A stretch of 64,000 bases of DNA from contig JBBTWJ010000005.1 in assembly GCA_038062895.1 (NCBI GenBank), positions 131,715 through 195,714 on the forward strand, read 5' to 3'. Shown here piece by piece: positions 43,301 to 52,040 of the stretch. The translations under genes were made by a program, and so were the position numbers. How positions within the stretch are numbered: the first letter of the stretch is position 1; every line of letters starts with the position of its first letter. Origin of the DNA: Patescibacteria group bacterium (GTDB taxonomy: Bacteria; Patescibacteriota; Microgenomatia; UBA10105; UBA927). Under the pieces are notes generated by a model, which did not search any database, was not told where the DNA came from, and saw only the letters and a list, made by a program, of their open reading frames with translations.

Positions 43301-43549
43301 TTAAGCGAGTTGGTCCAGGAGCGCACCGTCTTCCTTGAGAAACCCGTCAAGCCACGCTTGAAATTCTTTCTGGGAGCGGGTGGATGAGGTAGATGATTTG
43401 GCAATCGGACGAACAAAAACACCCTCTGCCTGAGGCACATAATCGATTGTCATTTTTTGTCCGCGGCGCCACCGGGCCTCCTGCATGATGGGAGCGGGGA
43501 GAATGACCGCATTGCTGTTGCCGAGCTGGGAAATGGTTGTTGTCTGCAT
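43301..43549 (-). CDS. AbrB/MazE (SpoVT-AbrB) type antitoxin
   Basis: 'ISQLGNSNAVILPAPIMQEA' swapped-hairpin motif. 9 bp upstream of doc on the same strand. Confidence 0.6.
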   Translation of the reverse strand: MQTTTISQLGNSNAVILPAPIMQEARWRRGQKMTIDYVPQAEGVFVRPIAKSSTSSTRSQKEFQAWLDGFLKEDGALLDQLA

Positions 43550-43821
43550 GTGTACGAACTATGTTAGTACATGACGCTTGACATGTCAAGAGCACATGTG
43601 ATAGTCTTTATTTTCAGTTGAATAAAAGCATTGACTAGGTTGATTGGGACCTGGTTACCCCGAAAGGGATGCTGATGAGGCTATCTGTAAGGAATGTCTC
43701 ATCCGGAGCCGAAACCGTAACCCCACTTCGCATAAAGCTACGCGGGGTAAAAAAGATAGGAACGAGTGTCGTAGAAACGGAGCTCGTCATGAATGAGGTT
43801 TCCTCATTGGTCTGACGAATT

Positions 43822-43846
43822 CCCTAGCATACGCTAGGGTTTTTTG
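43822..43846 (+). terminator. intrinsic terminator CCCTAGC-ATAC-GCTAGGG + T6
   Basis: Seen directly. Ends a roughly 230-nt structured untranslated segment. Confidence 0.6.
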
Positions 43847-43951
43847 ATGGTCAATAAGGCGACAGCACAAGGTGGTACCACGAGATAAAAACTCGTCCTT
43901 GTTCATCACGTTTTTGTGGTGGATTAGGGCGAGTTTTTTTGTGGAAAGGAG

Positions 43952-44152
43952 GTGAACCATATGAGTGGAATGTCATGTCCTGAGTGCAGCCAGTATTTTG
44001 ATGATTATGATGACCATACTCAGTTTCATATTCAGCTGGAGGCGGAAGCAAAAGAGAACTACGAATCTGCGGTAGCTGAAAAACAGCGACATCTTTCCGA
44101 GACTCGTGAAAAACTTCTTAAAGAAGACGTTTTTTGTTCGGATTCAGAATAG
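43952..44152 (+). CDS. small acidic hypothetical protein with CxxC pair
   Basis: Strong RBS AAGGAGGTG 6 nt upstream. 'CPECSQYFDDYDDH'. Confidence 0.4.
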   Translation: MNHMSGMSCPECSQYFDDYDDHTQFHIQLEAEAKENYESAVAEKQRHLSETREKLLKEDVFCSDSE

Positions 44153-44227
44153 TCTGAACAGTAGGCTGGTGCGTTCCAGGTAATTTTTGGGGCGGCTTAA
44201 GACGCCCCAAGGTTGCCTAAAGATGAT

Positions 44228-44299
44228 GGGTGAGTAGTTTAGTTGGAAAAATTCCGATCTCCAAAATCGGAGTCGTAGGTTCGATGCCTACCTCGCCCG
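44228..44299 (+). tRNA. tRNA-Trp (anticodon CCA)
   Basis: Cloverleaf with acceptor GGGTGAG/CTCGCCC, D stem GTTT/AAAT, anticodon stem CCGAT/ATCGG with loop CTCCAAA, T arm GTAGG-TTCGATG-CCTAC. 52 bp upstream of trpS. Confidence 0.8.
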
Positions 44300-44351
44300 C
44301 CGCGTCATACGCGGCTGACACGTTTGACGTGTCGCCTTTGAAAGTAATTAT

Positions 44352-45155
44352 ATGAACAACAACATGATCGGCATTATCGGAGGCATGGGGCCGCAGGCAT
44401 CGAGTGAATTGTATCGTCTCATCGTTCACGAGGCGCGGCATCGCTATGGCGCGCGAGAAAATAATGAGTATCCGGAGGTGCTTATCGACTCAGTACCCGT
44501 GCCGGATTTTTTGGCCGATACGGCAAAGATGGAAGAGGCGGCGACGATTCTGGAGGACCGTGTTCGACGGCTGACGGCATTCGGCGCAACAATGATAACG
44601 ATGGCGTGCAATACCGCGTGCATCTTGGCTGACCGACTGCAACGGCAGACGGATGTTCCGTTTGTTTCTGTCGTGGAAGAGGTAGTGAAAGAAGTTTCTC
44701 GTGGCGCCCAACGGGTACTGCTTCTTGCCTCACCGACATCACTCCGGTTAGGACTCTACCAGATGGCGTTGGCGCGTCATAACTTTCCGTATATAGTACC
44801 AAAGAGTCGGGATTACCAGGAACTTGAATTTATTATTCGAGGGGTTTTGTCAGGGGAAGATCGCGGGCTGCTCATGAGAAAAATTACAAAGTTGGTAGCC
44901 GGGTACCGGGAGATAGAGAAGATAGATGGTGTCGTGTTGGGTTGTACGGAGCTTCCGTTGGTTTTTCCGGTGAATTATGATCTGCCGGTTTATAATTCAC
45001 TTTCCATTCTCGCAAACACTATATTAAAACAGTATTATACAAAGCCCTCCGGAGCTTACCGTTCGCCTTCACGTACTATTCGTACACGGCTCACGGAGCG
45101 CTCTCTGGAGGATTTAAGAAACACTAATCTGATACAATCAGAAAAGTGTTTCTAA
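44352..45155 (+). CDS. aspartate/glutamate/hydantoin racemase family protein
   Basis: 'IGIIGGMGPQAS', 'MACNTA' and 'LGCTELP' motifs carrying the two catalytic Cys. Confidence 0.75.
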   Translation: MNNNMIGIIGGMGPQASSELYRLIVHEARHRYGARENNEYPEVLIDSVPVPDFLADTAKMEEAATILEDRVRRLTAFGATMITMACNTACILADRLQRQTDVPFVSVVEEVVKEVSRGAQRVLLLASPTSLRLGLYQMALARHNFPYIVPKSRDYQELEFIIRGVLSGEDRGLLMRKITKLVAGYREIEKIDGVVLGCTELPLVFPVNYDLPVYNSLSILANTILKQYYTKPSGAYRSPSRTIRTRLTERSLEDLRNTNLIQSEKCF

Positions 45156-45165
45156 AAGAGGCCCT

Positions 45166-47160
45166 ATGAATCTGAAAGATACTATCGAAAAAATACTGAA
45201 AGAGAAAAAGGTTGACTATAAATTTATCCCATTGCCGGAGGATTTACCGTTTGATGTGCCATCACATGCAAAGTTTCACAACATTTCCCTTGCGCAGGCG
45301 ATGGTAACGATACTCTACAGAACGGAGAAGGGGATAGTCGCGGCGGTCAGGTGCGCGGATACACAAATTGATCAGGAGAAACTAAAAAAACTTGCAGGGG
45401 TCAAGACGCTTGCGTTTGCTTCAAAAGAAGAGTTGAAAACTCTCGGTACAGAAGCTGGACTTGTGCCATACTTGGGGCTCACTATTCCGTATTTTATCGA
45501 TGCAAAAGTTTTGACGATAGGAAAAGCCTATGGGATCGGAGGCGCACGAACACTTGGCATGGTGATGAATGCAGCTGATATGCCAAAGGTGAACGGAGGA
45601 GTGGTGGGCGAGTTTGCATACCACGAGACAAAACGAGATATAAAAGGGAAACGATTATTGTCCGGTATCACGCCCAGCGGTGATGGGAGTCTGCATATCG
45701 GCAATTATCTGGGGGCCGTGCGGCAATTTATCGAGCTTGCGCGGACCAATGAAACGTTTCTTATGGTTGCCGACCTCCATGCGCTCACGACGGTGCAGGA
45801 TAAGGCGCGGCTATCAGGAAATATCGAGGCGTTGGTCCTCAACGAGCTTGCACTCTTGCGCGGGTTCATGACGGTGCAAGAGTTTGCAAAGATTATCTTT
45901 TTCCGTCAGTCGGATGTTGCCTGCCACACCGAGCTTCAGTCAATTCTCAATAACGTGACTCCCTTGGGCCTCATCAAGCGCGCGCACGCATACAAAGATA
46001 AATTGCAAAAAGACGTGATGGAGGATGATATCAACATGGGGCTTTTTTCCTATCCGATGCTCATGGCGGCGGACATTCTTCTCTATAAACCAGACCTTGT
46101 GCCGGTAGGGAAAGACCAGAAGCAGCATGTGGAGATTACGAGAGATATTGCGGGCAGGTTTAACAAGACGTTTAAGACAGTAAGACAGAAAGACGGTAAG
46201 ACAGGAGTATTCAAACTTCCAGAACCATACATACCAGAGGAGGTGGCGGTGGTACTGGGGACTGACGGAAAACGGAAGATGAGTAAGAGCTTGGGAAACA
46301 TAATCAGCATCTTTGATGATGAGGAAAATATAAGGAAACAAGTGATGAGTACGTACACCGACCCGACCAGAATTCACGCCAATGACCCCGGACACACCGA
46401 GGGGAACATGGTCTTCACGTACCTCGACTTTTTTGGTGAATTGGAAAAAAACAACGAGTTGAAGGAAGCCTATAAGAAAGGTCAAGTGGCTGATATTGAG
46501 GTAAAAAATTATTTATACGAATCGCTGCTCAAATACTTTGCAAATGCGCGCCAAACGTATAAAGAATTGGCCGCACATCCCGAGACTGTCAAAAAAATAC
46601 TAGAGGATGGGGCAGAAAAAGCCAGGAGTGTTGCCAGGGATACGATGGGTGAGGTAAGGGAGGCGGTGGGACTTATAAATAAATACAGCATACAGATAGC
46701 AGATAACAGAAAACAGATAGCAGACAACAGAGAACAGAAAACAGAGAATAGAGATCAGATAAAACAAAATACAACTGGGGTGATTACCATAGAGGAATTT
46801 GGGAGGGTGGAGCTGCGGGTGGGGAAAGTGGTCGAGGCGACGAACAAAGAGGGGAGCGAGAAGTTGATACGGTTGGTGGTGGAATTCGGACCCTCCTTCG
46901 CCAAGGCTACGGCGGGCAAGCAAGCGGAAACACGTGTAATTTTTACTGGCGTGCGGGGGTATGGGTATTCACCTGCAGATTTTCTCAATAAACAATTTTT
47001 CTTTATCACCAATCTCGCGCCACGCAAAATGATGGATGAAGAATCTCAAGGAATGATTTTAGCGGTAGATGGAGACGAGTTACCGTTTGGTGAACATGGC
47101 CCCAAAAAGCCTGTATTTGTTTCCGCTGAAGGATTGCCCGTGGGGGCGAAGATACGGTGA
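45166..47160 (+). CDS. trpS: tryptophanyl-tRNA synthetase with an N-terminal YbaK/ProX-like editing-type domain and a C-terminal Trbp111/EMAP-like tRNA-binding domain
   Basis: HIGH region 'SGITPSGDGSLHIGNYLGA' and 'KMSKS'. N-terminal about 150 aa with YbaK-like 'KTLAF...GLVPYLGLTIP...GIGGART'. C-terminal OB fold 'VELRVGKVVEATNKEGSEKLIRLVVEFGP'. Low-complexity linker encoded by an (ACAGARAA)n repeat. Confidence 0.8.
   Translation: MNLKDTIEKILKEKKVDYKFIPLPEDLPFDVPSHAKFHNISLAQAMVTILYRTEKGIVAAVRCADTQIDQEKLKKLAGVKTLAFASKEELKTLGTEAGLVPYLGLTIPYFIDAKVLTIGKAYGIGGARTLGMVMNAADMPKVNGGVVGEFAYHETKRDIKGKRLLSGITPSGDGSLHIGNYLGAVRQFIELARTNETFLMVADLHALTTVQDKARLSGNIEALVLNELALLRGFMTVQEFAKIIFFRQSDVACHTELQSILNNVTPLGLIKRAHAYKDKLQKDVMEDDINMGLFSYPMLMAADILLYKPDLVPVGKDQKQHVEITRDIAGRFNKTFKTVRQKDGKTGVFKLPEPYIPEEVAVVLGTDGKRKMSKSLGNIISIFDDEENIRKQVMSTYTDPTRIHANDPGHTEGNMVFTYLDFFGELEKNNELKEAYKKGQVADIEVKNYLYESLLKYFANARQTYKELAAHPETVKKILEDGAEKARSVARDTMGEVREAVGLINKYSIQIADNRKQIADNREQKTENRDQIKQNTTGVITIEEFGRVELRVGKVVEATNKEGSEKLIRLVVEFGPSFAKATAGKQAETRVIFTGVRGYGYSPADFLNKQFFFITNLAPRKMMDEESQGMILAVDGDELPFGEHGPKKPVFVSAEGLPVGAKIR
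47125..47160. repeat. 36-bp direct repeat, copy 1 (the trpS 3' terminus itself)
   Basis: gctgaaggattgcccgtgggggcgaagatacggtga. A diverged copy at 47905..47940 also reads xEGxPVGAKIR-stop. Confidence 0.8.
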
Positions 47161-47198
47161 ATCTTGACATTTTTAAATACATCTAGTACTATATAGTC

Positions 47199-47450
47199 AT
47201 GTTTAGTACCAAAGTATATACCCCAGAACAAGTAGCCGAAATGCTGCAGCTTTCCAAAAATACCGTGTACGGGCTCATCAACCGCGGCGAGATCATTGCA
47301 AAGAAGATCGGCAATGTGTACCGGATCCCGGCACGCTCCATCGCGTTTGTGTTTAACGGTTTGGATGCGGATTTATCCGATGCGCAGGCAGCCGATGAAC
47401 AAAATTTTTCCCGTGTGCAACAAGCTATCAATGCGGTCCGCGCTCCCTAA
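47199..47450 (+). CDS. excisionase-family HTH DNA-binding protein (probable antitoxin of the downstream PIN toxin)
   Basis: 'TPEQVAEMLQLSKNTVYGLINRGEIIAKKIGNVYRI' excisionase/MerR-like HTH. Stop directly abuts the PIN ATG. Confidence 0.55.
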   Translation: MFSTKVYTPEQVAEMLQLSKNTVYGLINRGEIIAKKIGNVYRIPARSIAFVFNGLDADLSDAQAADEQNFSRVQQAINAVRAP

Positions 47451-47882
47451 ATGTATATCATGCCGATCCGTGTATTTGTTGATTCCGACGTCATTATTTC
47501 TTCCCTCATATCCAAAACAGGAGCTGCCTATCTGCTGATGCAGGACACACGTATCAATCGGTTCATCTCCGATGTGTCTCATGTCGAACTCAAGAGGGTG
47601 GCAGATGTATTACATCTCTCACAGAAAGATTTGCAGAAGCTTGTAGATGCTCAGTGTCGCGTTGTGAAGATCGGGGAGTACCCGGGTGAACGCAAACGTA
47701 TGGCGGAATATACACGCGACTTGCATGACACACATATCGTATTGGGAGCGAAACTCGCAAAAGCAAAATTTCTGGTTACGTATAATCTGAAGCATTATCT
47801 GGTTGAAAAAATACGGGAGGATTTGGGAATCATCGTCCTGACCCCGGCATTCCTTTTGCAATATTTAAGGAGTTTGAATTAA
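47451..47882 (+). CDS. PIN-domain protein (VapC-like toxin)
   Basis: 'VFVDSDVIISSL' PIN N-terminal Asp motif and later conserved acidic residues. Confidence 0.6.
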   Translation: MYIMPIRVFVDSDVIISSLISKTGAAYLLMQDTRINRFISDVSHVELKRVADVLHLSQKDLQKLVDAQCRVVKIGEYPGERKRMAEYTRDLHDTHIVLGAKLAKAKFLVTYNLKHYLVEKIREDLGIIVLTPAFLLQYLRSLN

Positions 47883-47904
47883 ATTAGACTGCTTTTTTGT
47901 TTTC

Positions 47905-47940
47905 ACTGAAGGGATGCCTGTTGGGGCGAAGATACGGTGA
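47905..47940. repeat. 36-bp direct repeat, copy 2 (diverged trpS 3'-end duplicate)
   Basis: cactgaagggatgcctgttggggcgaagatacggtga. About 30/36 identical to copy 1, with differences at codon third positions or conservative. Confidence 0.8.
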
Positions 47941-48037
47941 AGAAGAGGTTTAAAGCTAATCCACCCGTCGGGTTGACGCTGATCTACCACCGAAGGGATG
48001 TGTATCGACTCCTGAGGAGTTGTTGGGGTAAAGGGCC

Positions 48038-49462
48038 CTATTGATGAAAAAACTCGAGTTCTTCGCGTGTTGGCAACGCCTCAAAAGAACCAAGACGGGT
48101 CACCGCAAATGCGCCTGCGCGATTGCCAAGCTGCACGGCACGTTTGAGATCGTTCGTTGCGAGATATTCTGCGACGAATGCAGCACGATAGGCATCTCCC
48201 GCCGCCGTTTCGTCAATCGCAGGGACTTTCATCCCGGGGAAATAGACCGGATCAGTATCTCCCTTTTCAAGTAGTACAGAGCCAAGATGCCCCAGCGTGA
48301 CGATGACGGTATTTGCGCCTTTTGATTGAAGTTTTTTTGCCGCTTCACCCGCGCTTTTTTCATCTGTAACGGTAATTCCAGTCATGCCAGTCGCTTCGAA
48401 TTCGTTAGCCGAGAGTATGTCGATCATGGGAAACAGATGTTCGGATAATGGCCGAACCTGCGGAGCCGCGTCACAAAAAATTGGAATATTGCGCGTATGG
48501 ATTTCTTCAATGGCATAGGAAACAATGTCCGGCAGTGTTTCGAGGGTCGTGTAGAAGCAATCGATATGTATGCTTTTATTGTCAATAGCAGAGAGGAGGT
48601 CCGAGATTGTTTTTTTATTGATACGGATGTTGGCATCTTCATTGACGATAATCGTGTTTTTCCCTTGTGCATCGACATTGACCATGACGGTGCCGGTGGG
48701 GATAAAGCTATCTGTATCAACGTATTGTGTTTGAATTCCTTCATTTTTAAATAATGCGATAACCGATTCGCCGAACGTGTCATTGCCAGTTTTCCCCAGC
48801 ATGTAGACTTGTTGCCCGAGACGCGCCAGTCCGACCGCTGCGTTGGTCGCTTTGCCACCGGGGGCGAGTTTGAGTCCTGAACTGATGACGACGTCATCCT
48901 GTTTGGGTATGAAGGGGACCTTTGTGACAAGATCGATGTTGATAGAACCTAAGACGGCAATATTTTTTGAAGCAGTCGTCTGTCTGGAAGAAGTTTTTTT
49001 CTGCGTGGTGAGCGCACTATTTCGTTTTGAGCGGATAGTGTCGCTTACCCCTTTGAGAAATTTAAGAACCAAGGGTTCGAGATTTTTTTCCGTATACAAT
49101 TCCCCCTGGAATGCTTCATGACGGATGAGATCGCCATAATCTTTTTTCTGCGACAGGCAAAGAACAGGCTTTTTATAGATAATAGCAAGGGTGGCTTCGT
49201 GCCCGACCCGGAAATCCTCGAAAGACGCTTCGATGATCACGGCGTCTGCGTTGGCTATCCCTTGGCGGACAAATTCATAATGGACGCGGTGCGCATCGCC
49301 GAGCTTTTTGACGTTTTCATCACGAAACGTATCAAAATAGTCGCGGGATTTTTCGGGACTGACGACGGTCGCGCCGGTAGACTCGATGGTTTTGACGATG
49401 CGGTCGATATAGGGTTGATATATCTTTTTTCCGTCGTAGGGAGATGTGAAGAAGATTTTCAT
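48038..49462 (-). CDS. fusion protein: N-terminal nucleoside 2-deoxyribosyltransferase-like domain plus C-terminal ribokinase/PfkB-family sugar kinase
   Basis: C-terminal PfkB motifs 'GGKATNAA' and 'DETAAGDAY'. N-terminal about 150 aa Rossmann-like domain resembling NDT/YtoQ. Confidence 0.65.
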   Translation of the reverse strand: MKIFFTSPYDGKKIYQPYIDRIVKTIESTGATVVSPEKSRDYFDTFRDENVKKLGDAHRVHYEFVRQGIANADAVIIEASFEDFRVGHEATLAIIYKKPVLCLSQKKDYGDLIRHEAFQGELYTEKNLEPLVLKFLKGVSDTIRSKRNSALTTQKKTSSRQTTASKNIAVLGSINIDLVTKVPFIPKQDDVVISSGLKLAPGGKATNAAVGLARLGQQVYMLGKTGNDTFGESVIALFKNEGIQTQYVDTDSFIPTGTVMVNVDAQGKNTIIVNEDANIRINKKTISDLLSAIDNKSIHIDCFYTTLETLPDIVSYAIEEIHTRNIPIFCDAAPQVRPLSEHLFPMIDILSANEFEATGMTGITVTDEKSAGEAAKKLQSKGANTVIVTLGHLGSVLLEKGDTDPVYFPGMKVPAIDETAAGDAYRAAFVAEYLATNDLKRAVQLGNRAGAFAVTRLGSFEALPTREELEFFHQ

Positions 49463-49684
49463 AGCTTTATAGTGATGATTATAGCATTCGCGCGTGTTAC
49501 GGGAAATTACGGGAACATTACGGGAGATCAGGGGAAGATAGGAGCGATTAAGAGGAATTAGGAGGAAGTAGGAGAGGGGAGGAGAGGCCGAGAGCGATCA
49601 TGCAATCGATTTAGCTTCGTGGTATACTTTACCATCACAACGATACGACAACGTGACAAATTGACAAAGTGACTTCAAAACCTT

Positions 49685-51619
49685 ATGGCGGAGAAACATC
49701 CAATTGTCAAAAAAAACGGCTCGCCTCAATTCGGCGGAGCGAGGAAAAATGGGAATGGGAACGGCAAGCACGGGAAAAAGGTGTGGGAGTTTGGATTTCA
49801 GTTTAACGTCAAAAATATTTTCATTGGGCTTTTCATTGCCTTCATCGTATTTAGCCTCTTGGGAAGCCTCGGGGATAAAGTGAGCACCCTTGTCGAAAAG
49901 CCGCTCTCAACGGTCATCACCGACGTGAAAGAAGGGAAAATAGACAAGATTGAGATAGAAGAAAGCCGGCTCACCGTGAGCTATAAAGACGGTACAAAAT
50001 TTATCTCCCATAAAGAACCGCAAGAATCACTCCTAAAAGTCTTTGAAGGCGCCGGGGTTGACCCCAAAGCCGTCGAGATAAAAGTAAAAGACTTGTCTCC
50101 GGGCCAACTATGGATGGGGATTATCTCCAACGTGTTGCCACTCGTCCTCACCGTCGTATTTTTTCTTTTCCTTTTCCGTCAGGCACGGGGAGCGCAGGAC
50201 AATATTTTTTCCTTCGGACAAAGTAAGTCGCGGATATTCGCCAAAGATTTACCCAAAGTAACGTTTGCCGATGTGGCAGGGGTGGATGAAGCCAAGAAGG
50301 AACTCGAAGAGGTCGTCGACTTTCTCAAAAACCCCGCCAAATACAAAGCGTTGGGGGCGCGGACTCCCAAGGGGGTTATATTAGTTGGTCCATCCGGAAC
50401 GGGAAAGACGCTTCTTGCCAAAGCCATGGCTGGCGAGGCACATACCGCGTTTTACAGTGTGGCCGGAAGCGAGTTTATGGAAATGCTTGTGGGGATTGGA
50501 GCCGCGCGCGTCCGTGACCTTTTTGCCCAGGCCAAGAAAAATGCGCCGTCGATCATCTTCATCGATGAGATCGACGCAATCGGCAGGATGCGATCGGTCG
50601 GGCTTATGGGCGGGCATGATGAACGCGAGCAGACCCTCAACCAAATCCTGGTGGAAATGGATGGATTTGAGCCCAATACCGCGGTGCTCATTGTGGCGGC
50701 CACCAACCGCGGGGATTTACTCGACCCGGCACTTCTTCGGCCCGGACGGTTTGACCGGCGGGTGGTCCTGGATCTTCCGGACATGGCGGGACGCAAAGAC
50801 ATCCTCGCCATCCACGCCAAGGGCAAACCCTTCGCGGTAACGGTGGAGTGGGACAAAGTATCCAAGCGTACGGTAGGCTTCTCGGGCGCAGATATGGAGA
50901 ACATGCTCAATGAAGCGGCGATCCTGGCCGCCCGCGAGGATAAAAAAGAGATCGACATGAAAGACATCGAGGAGGCGGCAACAAAAGTAAAATTGGGGCC
51001 GGAGAAGAAACGGCTGCAGTCAGACTTGGATCGCAAAATGACGGCGTACCACGAGGCTGGTCACGCGGTCGTCAATTATTACTCTCCCAATCTCGATCCC
51101 GTGCACCGCGTGTCCATCGTCTCGCGTGGGATGGCTTTGGGATACACCATGGCGCCTCCGGAGAAGGACCGGCTGCATGAGACCAAGTCCCGGCTTATCG
51201 ACGAAATCGCCATGACGATGGGGGGACGGGCTGCCGAAAAGTTAATATTTAATGAAATGACCAGTGGGGCAGCCAACGACATCGACCAAGCGACCAGAAT
51301 CGCCCGGTACATGGTGATGGAGTTTGGGATGAGCGACCTGGGGCCTATCAATTTCGGCCCGCAGATGGACATAACCGAGTGGGGCAAGCAGTACATGGAG
51401 CAAAATACCGTGTCCCAGGACATGCAGGGCAAGATCGACGTGGAAGTGAAGAAGCTCCTGGATGAAGGGTATAGGAAAGCCGCCGAGCTTCTGAAAAAGT
51501 ATAAAAAGAAGCTTGATCTCGTTGCCGAAGAGTTAATCAAAAAAGAGACGCTGGAAGGAGAAGAATTCCAAGTAGTCATGGGTGGGCTTAAGCACCGAAG
51601 TAGCACGATGAGCACTTGA
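49685..51619 (+). CDS. ftsH: ATP-dependent zinc metalloprotease FtsH
   Basis: Two N-terminal TM helices. AAA+ Walker A 'GPSGTGKT', Walker B 'IIFIDEID', SRH. Zinc-binding 'HEAGHA'. Confidence 0.9.
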   Translation: MAEKHPIVKKNGSPQFGGARKNGNGNGKHGKKVWEFGFQFNVKNIFIGLFIAFIVFSLLGSLGDKVSTLVEKPLSTVITDVKEGKIDKIEIEESRLTVSYKDGTKFISHKEPQESLLKVFEGAGVDPKAVEIKVKDLSPGQLWMGIISNVLPLVLTVVFFLFLFRQARGAQDNIFSFGQSKSRIFAKDLPKVTFADVAGVDEAKKELEEVVDFLKNPAKYKALGARTPKGVILVGPSGTGKTLLAKAMAGEAHTAFYSVAGSEFMEMLVGIGAARVRDLFAQAKKNAPSIIFIDEIDAIGRMRSVGLMGGHDEREQTLNQILVEMDGFEPNTAVLIVAATNRGDLLDPALLRPGRFDRRVVLDLPDMAGRKDILAIHAKGKPFAVTVEWDKVSKRTVGFSGADMENMLNEAAILAAREDKKEIDMKDIEEAATKVKLGPEKKRLQSDLDRKMTAYHEAGHAVVNYYSPNLDPVHRVSIVSRGMALGYTMAPPEKDRLHETKSRLIDEIAMTMGGRAAEKLIFNEMTSGAANDIDQATRIARYMVMEFGMSDLGPINFGPQMDITEWGKQYMEQNTVSQDMQGKIDVEVKKLLDEGYRKAAELLKKYKKKLDLVAEELIKKETLEGEEFQVVMGGLKHRSSTMST

Positions 51620-51644
51620 TGGATGAACTTGATTAGCACATGAT
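51608..51644. promoter_or_regulatory. pair of GATKAGCACWTGAT motifs (GATGAGCACTTGAT, GATTAGCACATGAT) overlapping the ftsH stop
   Basis: Same motif family as 21373-21449. The first copy encodes the last ftsH codons and contains its TGA. TAGAAT -10-like hexamer downstream. Confidence 0.55.
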
Positions 51645-51650
51645 AGAATT

Positions 51651-52040
51651 ATGCCTCGGCCGATAAAGAGCCCAACTGTTTATGAAGAGCTAACATATAA
51701 GATAATAGGTTTGGGGTTTGATGTTCAAAAAGAACTCGGGAATATTCATAAAGAGGTTGTATATCAAAAAGCTCTTGAAATAGCGTTAAAAAACAACCAG
51801 ATTCCGTACGAACGAGAGAAAAGATTGACGGTCGAGTTTCAAGAAAAAAATGTTGGGGTATATATACCTGACTTCGTCATTGACAATAAAGTCATTGTTG
51901 AAATAAAAGCAATGGAAATGCTTCCTTATAAAGCCTCTGTTCAGTTAAGTTATTATCTAAAAACAACCGGATACCGCGTGGGGATATTATTAAATTTCGG
52001 CTCTCGTAGACTTCAGGTGAGGAGACGGATTTATGGATAA
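51651..52040 (+). CDS. GxxExxY-family protein (PD-(D/E)xK nuclease-like)
   Basis: About 125 aa with 'GYRVGILLNFG' and the 'PDFVIDNKVIVEIKA' PD-ExK core. Confidence 0.5.
   Translation: MPRPIKSPTVYEELTYKIIGLGFDVQKELGNIHKEVVYQKALEIALKNNQIPYEREKRLTVEFQEKNVGVYIPDFVIDNKVIVEIKAMEMLPYKASVQLSYYLKTTGYRVGILLNFGSRRLQVRRRIYG

Noticed and set aside
43636-43700. Hammerhead ribozyme
   Set aside because: CUGAUGA and GAAAC are present, but stem I is only 3 bp and the cleavage triplet is not NUH in any register I could build. A competing GAUGAG/CUCAUC stem exists. It is kept only as a low-interest finding pending covariance search.
44217-44441. 74-codon minus-strand ORF
   Set aside because: It overlaps the tRNA-Trp gene and its downstream hairpins.
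50452-51639. Two long minus-strand ORFs (50452..51036, 51079..51639) within ftsH
   Set aside because: They are antisense to a high-confidence, fully motif-supported ftsH.
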